From NCBI RefSeq assembly GCF_006345805.1, contig NC_043004.1, positions 58,156,001-58,220,000 on the forward strand: a DNA stretch of 64,000 nucleotides, written 5' to 3'. A program made the position numbers and the translations under genes. Of the stretch, positions 39,480 to 52,792 are shown piece after piece (position 1 is the stretch's first letter; each line of letters begins with the position of its first letter). The stretch comes from Octopus sinensis (Eukaryota). The notes below the pieces were generated by a model. It saw nothing but the letters and a program-made list of their open reading frames with translations. It searched no databases and was not told the DNA's origin.

Positions 39480-40075
39480 ATAAAAATATATACGAAAGAC
39501 ATAAAATAAAATATAACATCCTATTTGGGTCAATTATAAATAATCAAGGTAATATAAATAATCAAGGTAATCCTATGCAATACCATAACATGAAAACAAA
39601 GTTTGTAGGTTTTTCCTAATATATATGTAGAAACAATAAGACTTTGCTATAGATCCGTCGTAGCGCTTAAGAGTCAAAATCAAAATCAAAAAAACAAAAT
39701 ACAAAATATATACTCTATCCATATGGTATATTTATATTCGACATTTTAAATTTAGCCGCGTGCCTACATAAGTTCATTAACTCACTTCTTTGATTCAAGA
39801 ATTATTGTCTTTGAATAATATGTGCATTTTTTCTAATAAGCAAAGCTTGCACTGAAATTATATTTGTAAGCTCCATGCCTGTATGGTGCCGCCCTGTCCA
39901 GAATGCTCCATGTCACGTTGAAAGGTGGGGCTTCCTTTCTTTTAGTTCCCAGACATATTTTGCTAGGCTGTTTTCTTCCTATTCTCTGGGTATTTAAAGA
40001 ATTCTTATGAGAATAAAATCTTGTTTTAATGAATTTTCTGAAGCCCCTGTGTATGTCTTGTATTCCGATGAACAT
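39480..40075 (-). mobile_element. Penelope-like element 3' fragment encoding a GIY-YIG endonuclease C-terminal part (decayed)
   Basis: Minus-strand peptides KTYTGASENS / RFYSHKNS / KYVWELKER / VTWSILDRAAPY / LCLLEKMHIL / LNQRSELMNLCRHAAKF, typical of PLE C-termini. Confidence 0.85.
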
Positions 40076-40076
40076 A

Positions 40077-40107
<31 letters not shown>

Positions 40108-40173
40108 CATATATATATACATACATATATTATACATACATATATATATAATATATATACATATTATATACAG

Positions 40174-40208
<35 letters not shown>

Positions 40209-40239
40209 GTATGTATTATATATACAGTATATATATATG

Positions 40240-40327
<88 letters not shown>

Positions 40328-40341
40328 ACATATATATATAT

Positions 40342-40376
<35 letters not shown>

Positions 40377-40388
40377 GATATAATATAC

Positions 40389-40421
<33 letters not shown>

Positions 40422-40843
40422 CCATATATATATATATACATATATATATATACATATATATATATATACATATTATATATATATATATATACATATATAT
40501 ATACATATATTATATATATATACATATATATATATACATACCTATATATATATATATATACATATAGATATACATAATATATACATACATATATATAATA
40601 ATATATATAGATATTATACAGATATATATACATACATATATATACATATATATATATAATCTATATATATACATACATATATATATATCTATATATATAG
40701 ATATATATATATATATATATATACATATATATATACATACATATAATATACATATATATACATACATATATATATATATATATAATATATACAGATATAT
40801 ACATACATATAATATATATATAGATACAATATATATACATACA

Positions 40844-40875
<32 letters not shown>

Positions 40876-41022
40876 CATACATATATATATACATACATAT
40901 ATATTATATATATATTATATACATTTATATAGATATATATTACATATATATATATAGATATATATATATATATATACTATACATATATACAATATATATA
41001 TACAGATATATATTATATATAC

Positions 41023-41057
<35 letters not shown>

Positions 41058-41079
41058 CAATATATATATATACATAGAT

Positions 41080-41112
<33 letters not shown>

Positions 41113-41219
41113 CATCTATATATATATATATATAATATATATATATACATATATATATATGCATACATATTATATAATATATACATATATATATATACAT
41201 ACATATAGATATATATACA

Positions 41220-41261
<42 letters not shown>

Positions 41262-41442
41262 CATATATATTATACATATATAATATATTATCATATATAT
41301 ATAGATATATACATATATATATATATACATATATATATATTATACATATATATATATTATATATATACATATATAATATATATATTAACAATATATATTA
41401 TACATATATATATATATATACAATATATATATATATATATAT

Positions 41443-41490
<48 letters not shown>

Positions 41491-41550
41491 CATATATATA
41501 TATATACATAATATATATATACATAATATATATATACATATATATATGAA
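40076..41550. repeat. ~1.5-kb (TA)n-rich microsatellite
   Basis: Imperfect TA/TACA tract. Confidence 0.95.
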
Positions 41551-41584
41551 CTTTCACGAACTTTATATAGATAACTAATCTTTC

Positions 41585-42420
41585 CCCTCTTTCTTACCTC
41601 TTTCAGATACTCCATCTTCGAATTAGCCTTAAGATTAAATAACGTTTAATACTGTTTATTGTTAATAATTTTTCAGATACTTATCTTCTAATTAGCCTAA
41701 GAATAAACAACGTTATTACCCACACCTTTAACATCTAATTTTTTACCCACACTCTAATATCTTTCTATTAGCCTTTTTACCCACATTTTAAATATTTGTT
41801 AATATATTTTCAGATACTCTATCCTCTAATTAGCCTTAAGATTAATAAACGTTTCACCCACACTTTAATATATTTTTGGATGCTCTACCTTCTAATTAGC
41901 CTCAAGATTAAATAACGATTATTACCCACACTTTAATATAATTGTATATTGTTAACATATTTTCAGATACTCTATCTAATTAGCCTTAAGAAAATAACGT
42001 TTTACCCCACTTTAACTTTAAACTTTTCACCCACACTTTAATATATTAATATATTTTTGGATGCTCCCTTCTAATTAGCCTCAAGATTAAATAACGATTA
42101 TTACCCACACTTTAATATAATTGTAATATTGTTAACATATTTTCAGATACTCTATCCTCTAATTAGCCTTAAGATTAAATAACGTTTTTACCCACATTAA
42201 CTTTTCCACCCACACTTTAATATATTTTTGAATACCTACCTTCTATTTAGCCCCAAGATTAAATAACGATTATTACCCACACTTTAATATAATTGTAATA
42301 TTGTAACATTTTCAGATACTCTATCTCCTAATTAGCCTAAGATTAAATAACGTTTTACCCACAAACTTTAATATTGTTAATATTAATAATACTCTATCCC
42401 ATAATTAGCCTTAAGATTAA
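41585..42420. repeat. Higher-order tandem array directly upstream of the CR1 LINE
   Basis: About 11 related 65-95-bp monomers with core CTAATTAGCCTTAAGATTAAATAACG...ACCCACACTTTAA. Alternating CAGATACTC / GGATGCTC types give ~150-180-bp dimers (41811, 41964, 42144, 42313). Confidence 0.85.
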
Positions 42421-42481
42421 ATATCTCTTGTCTTCTCTCGAACATAGTTAAATAGATAAACAAATAGACAGATCATCCAGC

Positions 42482-43054
42482 ATGTCCAGAGCATGGAGAC
42501 CTGACGAGCTGGATTATTCGTACAGCATGGGATTGCGCCGGCGGAGATAGCCCTAGCGAGGTGATTGCGGCTGCGCTAAAGAGCAGAGGCTACAAGAGGA
42601 CAGCGGCTCAGAGGAGCGAAGAGACGGAATTCGTGCGCTCATATGCGCTTGTACGGTCGAGCACATTGGCGCACTTGATGCCATCTTTGAGAACGAGCGA
42701 GGCAAAGATGACAGAAGAGAGACCGATGAAAGAAGTCACCCCCACCTGGTGGATGCCCGGGAGAGGTTTGAAGATGAGCACCTGCCCGGGAAGTGAACCC
42801 AGGGTGCAAGTTCTCCAACGGCAGCAAAGGCCATGGAGACGGAGAACCCGGTGAAGAGGTAGAGGGAGGAGGAAGAACTAAAAGAAGGGCTGGTAGAGCT
42901 AAGGAAAAGCTCAAGCAGGACAAAGGGTTGAAAAAACCAGGATTAGAAGTGGAACCGCAAAAGATGGAAACGGACAGCGCACAAGGTGTGTAGGTTCTAC
43001 CTGAGAGGTTCCTGCTGGCATGGAAAGGAAGGTGCAGGCTGCCGCTTTGCACAT
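42482..43054 (+). CDS. LINE ORF1 (frameshifted) with a CCCH zinc finger
   Basis: KVCRFYLRGSCWHGKEGAGCRFAH = C-x7-C-x8-C-x3-H at 42989-43054. The start codon and ORF1/ORF2 boundary are uncertain. Confidence 0.55.
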
Positions 43055-43199
43055 CGGGGACCCTGCCACAGAGACACGAGGCAGATGGACAACCATCAAC
43101 ACAAGGAAAAGGATGGACCACTACCCACTATTACCAGACCACCACCACAGCAAACAGACCCAGGATGGACACCACGGCAACAACGTACACCTCACCTCG

Positions 43200-46158
43200 A
43201 TGCTCCTACTGAACATCAGAGGACTGCAAACACTCAGTAACAGGACAAAAATCCCGTTCCTGAGAGATTTTGTTGCATGCAATCAAGCCTTATGCATAGC
43301 ACTAACGGAAACGCACCTGAAACCGGATATAGCAGATGCGGAGTTACACATACCACAGTATGCTGTACTACGGACCGACAGGAAAGAAAGGAGTCATGGA
43401 GGTGTTGCTATGTACATCCGTGAGGACCTCACACCCCAGGTCCTCTTGTCATACTCAAACTCGGTGTGTGACACACTAATTGTACATATTAGGCAACTTG
43501 ATGTATGTGTTGTGTTGCTACATACCGCCCTCCAGATGCCCCAAGCCATGTGGGCAAGTTTGAAGACTGCCTTATAAAAATAGAAGAAGTTCTAACCACA
43601 TTAGAACAACACATAAGTGTACTTCTTATGGGAGACTTCAATGTCAGATGGCCCGAGGGCCTTTCTCTCCCAGGAATGACAAGATGTGAACGAGGACAGG
43701 CGAGGTCCCTCCTGAACCTCATCAACACCCTGTACATGGAGCAGGTAATACTCCAACCAACCAGGGCAGGTAACACACTGGATCTCTGCTTCACAAATGA
43801 CATGGATCTCATCCATAATGTGAAAGTGACACCGACACTACTCTCGGATCACAACATGATAGAGCTGACCATGTACGGGCCAAAAGAGAGCACGGACATG
43901 CAGCCTACAAGAAACCCCCAGAATCTTTCCAGCTTGAACTACCATAAGGCAACTGGAAACAAATTGAGAAAGAGATCCTCAAACAAACTGGCCTCAATGT
44001 CTCTCCTCGCCAGACATCGACGTGAAACTTCAACAATTCATGTCTGTAATGCAAGCCATATGCTACAAATATGTCCCAGAGAGAAAGGCCACTGTACACA
44101 AGAACAAAACCCCAGAGAGAGGAAAATTTTAATGAGACGGCGTACGAAATTTTCAAATCGCCTAAAAAACAGATTGAAAGCAGTGAAAAGTCCCGCCTAA
44201 AAATAAAACTGTTGGAAATCGAAAATGTCTGAAACTCTCCCATGAAAAGGAAAGAGCAGACAAAGAAGCCTGGGCTATAGACACATAAAATCTAACCCCA
44301 GAGCTTTCTACAGGTATGCCAAAGAAACAGCTACGGTGCACTGTAGAATAGGGCCACTCCTCGAAAAGGATGGCACACTTACAGGAAAACAATGAGGGTA
44401 AGTGAAATACTGAATGAGCAATTCAAGAGTGTTTTCACTCCACCCCTTGGGCATCTCCAAATCACCAATCCAACTGACTTTTTTACCACTGCAGATATAA
44501 AATCAGAGGCGGCGACGATAGATTACATCGATATAAAGGAAGACGATGTAATCAAGGCTATAGATGAATTGAAAACAGACTCAGCTACTGGCCCCGATGG
44601 ATTCCCGGCAATCCTCCTAAAAGCATGTAAGAGAGTCCTAGCAAGACCACTGCAGTTCCTCTTTCAGAGCTTCCTTGCAGCTGGCAAACTTCCAAGAAAA
44701 CTGAAGGAAGGTAAAATATGCCCCATTCATAAAGGAGGTAGCAGAGCGGAAGCCAAGAACTATAGACCTATCTCTGTGACCTCACACATCAGCAAGGTCA
44801 TGGAACGAATAGTCAGAAGGAAGCTGATCACCTTCCTTGAAGAAAATGACTTGCTGCCCGACACCCAACATGGTTTCCGACCAGGGAGAAGCTGTTTAAC
44901 TCAGCTCCTACAACACTATGACTGGGTGCTGAAACGGCTGCTCAACCACTCAAATGTGGAAGTGATATATCTCGACTTTGCAAAGGCCTTTGATAAAGTC
45001 GATCATGGAATGATATGTCACAAACTGCGTGATCTCAACATAGTTGGAAAACTGGGAGAATGGCTTCATGACTTTCTGAAAGATAGAAGTCAGGTGGTAG
45101 TGGCCAATTCAGGTGGTAGTGGCCACTTCCATTAACACGCAAATAGTGAGCGGTGTTCCGCAGGGCACTGTTCTGGGACCACTACTGTTCATAATGGCCC
45201 TCTCAGACATGCCCTCAGCCACGCAGAGAGCCACGATCACAAGTTATGCAGATGATACAAAAGTTTCACAGGCAATACAGAACCCTGAGGACACTAAACA
45301 CCTGCAATGTGAGCTAGACAAAATATACAAGTGGGGGCCGAAAAGAATAGCATGCAGTTCAATGCTGAAAAGTTTCAAGCTCTATACTATCAGCATGCAA
45401 AACTAAATGCAATACCCAATGAATACACTGGACCCGGAGGAATAGCAATCCCAGAGGCACAATCAGTGCGTGACCTAGGTATTTACATGAGTGATGACGC
45501 GACCTTTCGTGTACAGGTTGCTAAATTGGCAATGAAATGTAGACGACTGGCCGGATGGATCCTCAGAACCTTTAGAACAAGAGAACAAGAAACCATGATG
45601 GTCCTCTGGAGGACACTTGTCCTAAGCCACTTTGACTACTGCTCTCAGTTATGGTCACCATCCAGTGTCAAGTTGATCACAGAGCTCGAGGCGATCCAAC
45701 GTAGCTACACGAAGAAGATAGCCTCTATGCAGAATGTAAGCTACTGGGAAAGACTCAGGAAATTAAAATTACATTCCCTGGAGCGTAGGCGGGAAAGATA
45801 TGCCATAATATACATCTGGAAGATCCTGGAGGGAAGTGTCCTGAACTTTGGCATCGAGAGTTACGCAAATGCCAGAACTGGGCGCCACTGCGTGGTGCCT
45901 AGGACTCCAAACTTGCCATCAAGATGTAGGACAAGATTCTGTGATAGCCTGGGCTTCCGAGGCCCACAGCTCTTCAATATCCTCCCGAAGAACCTGAGAG
46001 ACCTGCATGGGGTGGATACAGATGTCTTTAAAATGAAGCTGGATCTCTTCCTGTCAGGTGTCCCAGATGAACCAACTTCACGGCAGGAGGGGCAGATGAG
46101 GGCAGCTGCATCGAACTCTCTCATGCACCAAATAGCAGCTGCTAGAAAGCCTTCATGA
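43200..46158 (+). CDS. LINE ORF2: apurinic-like endonuclease plus reverse transcriptase (broken by frameshifts)
   Basis: APE motifs LLNIRGL, LTETHL, YRPP, GDFN, TRAGNTLDL, SDHN. RT motifs NYRPIS, QHGFR, YLDFAKAFDKV, GVPQGTVLGP, YADD. C-terminus VPDEPT...RAAASNSL. Confidence 0.9.
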
Positions 46159-46374
46159 AGTGAAACCAAGTAGCAACACCAAATGGCGGTGCCCCAGCAT
46201 GGCCACAGCTCATAAGCTGAAACTGGAAAAATCAAAATCAAATCAAAATCAAATATACATATATATATACATATATATATACATATATATATATATATAT
46301 TAATAAATAAAACATATGCATATATATAAACATATATGTACGTACCTACCTCTACATGTACATATACACGCATA

Positions 46375-46560
46375 TAAGAGTACAGGACACCAAGAAGGAC
46401 ATCGAACACAAAGAGAAACGAAAACATAGACACAAACCAAAGGAACTGGACATTTTTTTAAACAACAAAAAAATAGAGTACAGGACAATTAACACAAAGA
46501 AAAAACCCCTTCTTCAGTCGCTATGGTTTCATCTACTCTACGTTTCGAAGGTGAAAGCGA
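46375..46560 (-). mobile_element. Probable PLE terminal remnant
   Basis: A-rich repeat like P3, with only the 3' half of a hammerhead (TTCGAAACGTA on the minus strand), truncated at (TA)n. Confidence 0.4.
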
Positions 46561-46586
46561 TATATATATATATAGCTAGCTAAGTG

Positions 46587-48295
46587 GAAGGGCATCGAGA
46601 AAGAGGTCCTGGAACATAACTGGTCTGCCATTTTCTTTACGCAAGATATTGACATGAAGCTACAACACTTTATGACAATAATGCATGACATATGCAATAA
46701 GTTTACTCCAGAGAGAATGCAAAACCAGCAGAAAGATATGATACCCAGAGATAGGAGGATTCTCATGAGATGACGAGTAAAAATCTCAAATCGTCTAAAT
46801 GGGCCACCAAAGCATAACAAACGATCCTATCTCACAAACATTGCTCGAAATTGAAAATGAACTCAAACATTTCAATGAAAAGGAGAGGGCATAAAAGGAA
46901 GCCAGGGCTGTCAAAAATATTAAGACAAACCTTCTGTAGATAGGCAAAAGAGTCTGCTTTAGCACGGTACAAAGTAAGGCCACTATTCGAAGAAAATGGC
47001 TCACCGACTGCGGATCCCCAAAGGATCAGTTAAATACTCAATGCGCAATAAATGAATATTTTCACCGCTCCATTAGGACACTTGCAAGTAGTTATGTCTG
47101 ACGGGTTCCTTGGCTCCACAGCTCTACACAAAGAAATGACAATTATTGATAGCATCAAAATAGAGGAAACTGGTGTGATATCAGCCATTGATGAAATGAG
47201 CTCAAACTCATCCAGAAGCCCTGATGGATTCCCAGCAATCTCCCTAAAGAAATGCAAAGATGTTCTAGCAAGACGGAGCTTCTTCATAACTGGGAGACTT
47301 CCCAAAAAGTTAAAGGAAGGCATAATATGCCCTATCCATAAGGGAAGTAGCAGAGCAGATGTTCAAAATTATAGAGGGTCTCTCTAACACTCCATGTCAG
47401 CAAAGTCATGGAGCGCATTGTCAGGAAGAAATTAATTGAAGATAATGACTTGCTTCCTGACACCCAGCATGGCTTTCGCTCTGGAAGAAGCTGCTTAACA
47501 CAGCTTTTGTAGCATTATAACTGGGTGTTGAAATAATTAATTAAGCTAACTGAAAGATATACACAGGGATAGGAGGATTCCAATGAGACCACGAGCAAAA
47601 ATCTTAAATCGTCTAAATGGGCCACTAAAGGATAACAAACTATCTTATTTCAAATGTGGATATGATACATCCCGACTTTGCAAAGGCCTTTGATAAGGCT
47701 TATCATGAGATGATATGTCACAAACTACGGAGACTCGGAATAACTGGGAAGATTGGAGAGTGGTTACATAACTTTTCAAAAGACAGAAGCCAGGTTGTAG
47801 CAGTCAATGAAGCCCTCTCTAAGGAGATATTAATAGAAAGTGGTGTGCCTCAAGGAACTGTATTGGGGTCGCTGCTGTTTAGAGGTGTTCTTTCAACATG
47901 CCATCAGTTACACAGATAGCCACACTCACCAGCTATGCCGATGACACAAAAGTAGTACAAGCAGACAAGGAATCTTCGGATGCTAATCTTCAACAGAAAG
48001 ACCTAGCTACCATATATAAATGGGTTTAGGAAAATATGCAATTTAATGCAGGAAAATCCCAAGCCCTCTTCTACCAGCTAATTGGTACTCAGAAGTCGCA
48101 ACAACGATACTTTAGACTAAAAGGAGCGGTAATCCAGAATCAGATACGATGCGTGATATTGGGATTGATATAAGTAACAATGCTTCATTTCACATACATA
48201 TCACTAAAAAGGTGGCAGTGCGCAGGTGAATGGCCAGTAAATTCTGAGATTCTGAGAACGTTCAGAACAAGGGACCAGGAAACTATACTGGTCCT
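46587..48295 (+). pseudogene. Older, rearranged CR1 ORF2 relic (linker plus RT)
   Basis: IFTAPLGHLQ, SPDGFPAISLKKC, DFAKAFDKA, ESGVPQGTVLG, YADD; many stops; ~46735-46825 is duplicated at ~47555-47645. Confidence 0.85.
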
Positions 48296-48309
48296 ATACT
48301 TTAATGATA

Positions 48310-49300
48310 AGTGCACTGAGATTAGACAATAGTTTATTGCAAAAGACATTACTTGTTTGAAAATTGGGATGATGGATTGTGATAGAAAATGCTTTGTTAT
48401 ACAATCTGCGTCTCACGAGTTTCTTCCTTTAACTAAACGAGATGCCAGTTTGTGAGGAAACTACGGGATTAACGGTCGAGTCATTTTAAATTCTGTGTAT
48501 TGCTACGGTCATGTCTGTGGTTACGAAAGCTCGCTGGAGATGAAGTGTTAGGTATTGACTTCGCTGAACCCGCTTCAGTCAATTTCAGACAAAGTTATGT
48601 TGTTTCTTTAGAATATTCGACATCTTTTTGGCATCGATGTGGAGAATGCTACTTTCATCAACTAGTAGACCGATAGATGAAGCACAAATACCCAGTACTA
48701 CGTGCATTGGCAAATGAATTGAACATTTTTGGGTTGGGTTTTATTTTCGCAATGGTCCAGTCCTTCCTGGCAGCCCTCTGATCATTGATGAAAGTTTACA
48801 TGCTCTTCTGCAGATGTTATTTTTTTCTTTTTTACTCGAGCCTTCTTATTGTCGATTGTGTTCGCTGTTGTTATTGCCGCTGATAGTGTTTTAGTTGAGT
48901 TATTGATTTCATTCTCTCTGATTTTCTTCATGAGAGTTTCTATGAAGCCTACTCCTAACTTTGCTGAGCTGGGTTCTGAACATGTGTTAGTGATTATATC
49001 TTCAAATGTCTAACAAATGGTGAGGAGATCTCTAATTTTTCACTCAGTAACCAAGTCGGAGTTGCTTCGAGTAAAGAAAAGGATGAACTGTGTCTGTTCA
49101 GCATTTTAACTCTCCATGTATGAAATCTTCCATTTCTAAGAATCGACAGATGGAATGATGCCTTGTGCATTTTGAAAAAGTTCGAAACTAAGGTGGCAGT
49201 TTATGTTGCGGTAGTTCTGGGCCGAGTTTGCGCAATGAGGGTAAAGAATGGTGGTTTGATTGTTGGTAGACCTGCATTTTAAGTGTTGTGGAAAAGTGTT
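48310..49300 (-). pseudogene. Divergent CR1-type relic, opposite strand
   Basis: Minus-strand peptides QRAARKDWTIAKIKPNPKMF and SIGLLVDESSILHIDAKKMSNILKKQ align with ERADKEAW..KSNPRAFY / RIGPLLEKDG..VSEILNEQ of the young LINE. Confidence 0.55.
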
Positions 49301-49858
49301 GTTGATAGACTATTTATTTTGAAGACTTAGGTACGGTTTCTAATTCATAGAAACCTTCTGTTGAATGGTTTGTTTGACCTCAAGACTTTAATAGGTTTGT
49401 CCCTTTTGTCTGATGAAGATTTTTGGCGATTAGCGCTGGGAGATGGGTTGTATTTATATAATTTATTCTTATTTTCATTACTACGTTATTGTTTTTCAAT
49501 TTCCATTTTGTAGCTTTGAAATGATGATTAATATGTTCTTGATTCACGTACAATTTCAGTTAAAAAAAAAGTCCTGACAGTTTCGGATGGAAGGAATTAC
49601 AATTAATATTCTCCGTGTATTCGTAGATTCTGAACTAACGGTTTCTGAACTAACATATTTGCATCTAGGATCAGGACAATCTTCATCCTTTATGCTGGAA
49701 GGAATATTTGACTTCTTTTCATATCAAAGGGATTAGAAAGAGACTTTAACGTCATACAAATGTATTACCGCTATCACCACCATCTCGCTTTCCTTTCAGA
49801 TTTTATTTCTGTCTATGAGTATTTCTCAGTGACGGTCTCTCTCGTTTCCCAATATCTC

Positions 49859-49907
<49 letters not shown>

Positions 49908-50678
49908 TGTTACTATTCTATTTTACTTTCCTATCTTTCTCATTCTCAGAATATCATGACTTTTTAATGTTTCACATGAACACACACACACACATACATA
50001 CAAGTATACACATGCTGATATGCATACTTGTATGCATGTGTATGCAATATATAAGTATCGGTACATACACACAGCATAAACAAGAATTCATGAGCTGAGT
50101 AGAACTTGTCTAAAGGCAATAGCTGTAAGTTATGCGTAGTATCTTCAGATGCTATTAACTGATATAAGAATTGTCCTGTATATCACTGTCATGCAACGGT
50201 AAAATCCTCTAAGAGAGCAGGTGGTTTGAGAATGGAAATTGCATGTGATTGATTCGGATAAAAGCAGTACAGGTGCTTTTTATTTTATTCATTTATTTAT
50301 TTATTTTTCAGTTGAAGCGTGTGTAATTGGTTGTGATATTGTGTAAACTAGAATACTCACCTTAACATTTTGTGCATTAAAAGATTAAGGAAATTCGTGG
50401 AGACAACAAAATAGAGTGGAACGATTGATGAACGGGTTTTCCTTCTCCCCAACAACCATTGTATATCCTACAGGTGTTCGTTTGCAACTGCTTAAGCAAA
50501 CGTTAATAGCTACAGTTACAGCGGTCTCAGGCGGTATCTATTGGGCATGGACACAACTAATTTCTTCAGAAGATCTAACGAGTGAAATGCCTACATATGT
50601 ACTCACATATATATGGATACATTTATACACACAGATAAGCGTGTATGTATATTTGTGAGTATATATATGCATAGGTAT

Positions 50679-51087
50679 CTTTTACTTTTACTTTTATTTG
50701 TGTCAGTCATTTGACTGCGGCCATGCTGGAGCACCGCCTTTCATCGAGCAACTCGACCCCGGGACTTATTCTTTGTAAGCCCAGTACTTATTCTATCGGT
50801 CTCTTTTTGCCGAACCGCTAAGTGACGGGGACGTAAACACACCAGCATCGGTTGTCAAGCAATGCTAGGGGAACAAACACAGACACACAAACACACACAT
50901 ATATATACATATATACATATATACGACAGGCTTCTTTCAGTTTCTGTCTACCAAATCCACTCACAAGGCATTGGTCGGCCCGGGGCTATAACGGAAGGCA
51001 CTTGCCCAAGATGCCACGCAGTGGGACGGAACCCGGAACCATGTGGTTGGTTAGCAAGCTACTTACCACACAGCCACTCCTGCGCCT
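50679..51087 (-). mobile_element. SINE family A, full length
   Basis: Reverse-complement match. Confidence 0.92.
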
Positions 51088-51103
51088 ATATATACATTAC
51101 ATA

Positions 51104-51417
51104 GGAACACTTCGTCGGTTATGACGACGAGGGTCCCAGCTGATACGATCAACGAAACAGCTTGCTCGTAAAATTAAAGTCCAAGTGGCTGAGCACTCCA
51201 CAGACACGGGTACCCTTAACGTATTTCTGGAGGAGATTCAGCGTGACACAGAGTGTGACAAGGCTGACCTTTTGAAATACAGGTACCGCTCAGTTTTGCC
51301 AGTTGAATAGACTGGATCAACGTGATATAAAGTGTCTTGCTCAAGGACACAACGCGTCGGCGGGAATTGAACTCACGACCTTACAATCGTGAGTTGAATG
51401 CCCTATCCACTAAGCCT
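51104..51417 (-). mobile_element. SINE related to family C (3' end) with a CORE-like segment
   Basis: Reverse complement of the family C 3' half plus GTGTCTTGCTCAAGGACACAAC and a tRNA-like head. Confidence 0.8.
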
Positions 51418-51490
51418 TCACTATACATTACATATCCGCATGTAAAATATGTATGCATTTACGAGTGCCAGTATATATATATATATATAT

Positions 51491-51716
51491 CGAGCTGGCA
51501 GAATCGTTAGTGCGCCGGGCGAAATGCTTAGCGGTATTTCGTCTGCCGTTACGTTCTGAGTTCAAATTCCGCCGAGGTCGACTTTGCCTTTCATCTTTTC
51601 GGGGTCGATAAATTAAGTACCAGTTACGCACTGGAGTCGATGGAATCTACTTAATCCGTTTGTCTATCTTTGTTTGTCCTCTCTGTGTTTAGCCCCTTGT
51701 AGGTAGTAAAGAAATA
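51491..51716 (+). mobile_element. SINE family B
   Basis: Family B match. Confidence 0.9.
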
Positions 51717-51905
51717 TATATATATATACACACACTCACACACACACACACATCTATCTATCTATATGCACGCATTTGTGTTCATGTGTGTTTGTATGTG
51801 GGTATGTGGTGCGTTTGTGAAGACTGGTGACTAGATAGAATACTATAACACATAAATAGAATACGTTCCTAAACCATAATCTTCATTCGTAAATTTTATA
51901 CTTTA

Positions 51906-52299
51906 CTAGCAGTATCGCCCGGCGTTGCTCGGGTTTGTAAGGGAAATAACTATATAAGCATTTTTAGAGAGTTATAGCCAAAAAATAGCAAAAAAATGCA
52001 TCAAAAATGGGGAAAAAATGATGGTAATTTTTTTTTTAATCGTTGACTCATCGTAGACATTTTTAGAGAGTTACTTCCCTTATATAATAGCGAAAAAATG
52101 CATTAAAATGGAAAAAATGATGGTAAATTTTTTTTTTAATCGTACTCATCGTAGACGCGCGCTAATACCCAGAAGGGCTCGATATGAATCACGACTATAA
52201 GATACCCGGTTTTGGTTAAACTGCACCGCAAAATGTGGGAGTAGTTAGGAATCAAAATCGTAGGAGACAGACACACAACCTTACTTTTATATATAAAGA
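51906..52299 (-). mobile_element. Non-autonomous Helitron (same family as 13237-13635)
   Basis: Reverse complement with TC...hairpin-CTAG termini and an A|T insertion site. Confidence 0.85.
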
Positions 52300-52623
52300 T
52301 ATTATTAGTGTTTGATACTCGTGTGTAAAAGTGCGTGATTATAGAAACGTGACGTTACTGTATACTGTTGATGATGATGATGGTGGTGGAAGTCATCATG
52401 AAGACGCTGGCGGCGTTTGTGGTGGTAATGGTGGTATTAATAGTTTATAATAATTAACTTTTGTTTATGAAACCCGATAATTTAACAGGAGACGAAACGG
52501 TAAGGTATTACTTTTCTCCAGGCTATTAATGAGTAAGTGAAACAGCTTCTTGTGTAATACTAAAATATGTCGTTGATATTGATGTTGAAAAATTTTTTCG
52601 TGAATGCAGCTGTGTATATATAT

Positions 52624-52659
<36 letters not shown>

Positions 52660-52660
52660 C

Positions 52661-52792
52661 CGGAGTAAACACATAAATGTGAAACAAGGTGGAAAAAAAG
52701 AGTACTCAAATACCAGTGGTAGAGTAATATGCTTTATTTAAAGCACCAGAAAATTCAACGGTTTTGTTGAATTTTCTGCTGCTTTAAATAAA

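Larger units (their letters stand above)
42421..46254 (+). mobile_element. Near-full-length CR1-clade LINE
   Basis: ORF1 remnants with a CCCH finger, APE, RT, short 3' UTR with a stem-loop and an (AAATC)n tail. Confidence 0.92.

Noticed and set aside
50416-50658. Possible host exon (GVRLQLLKQTLIATV...)
   Set aside because: A plausible AG exists, but there is no recognisable protein, no clear donor and no partner exons.
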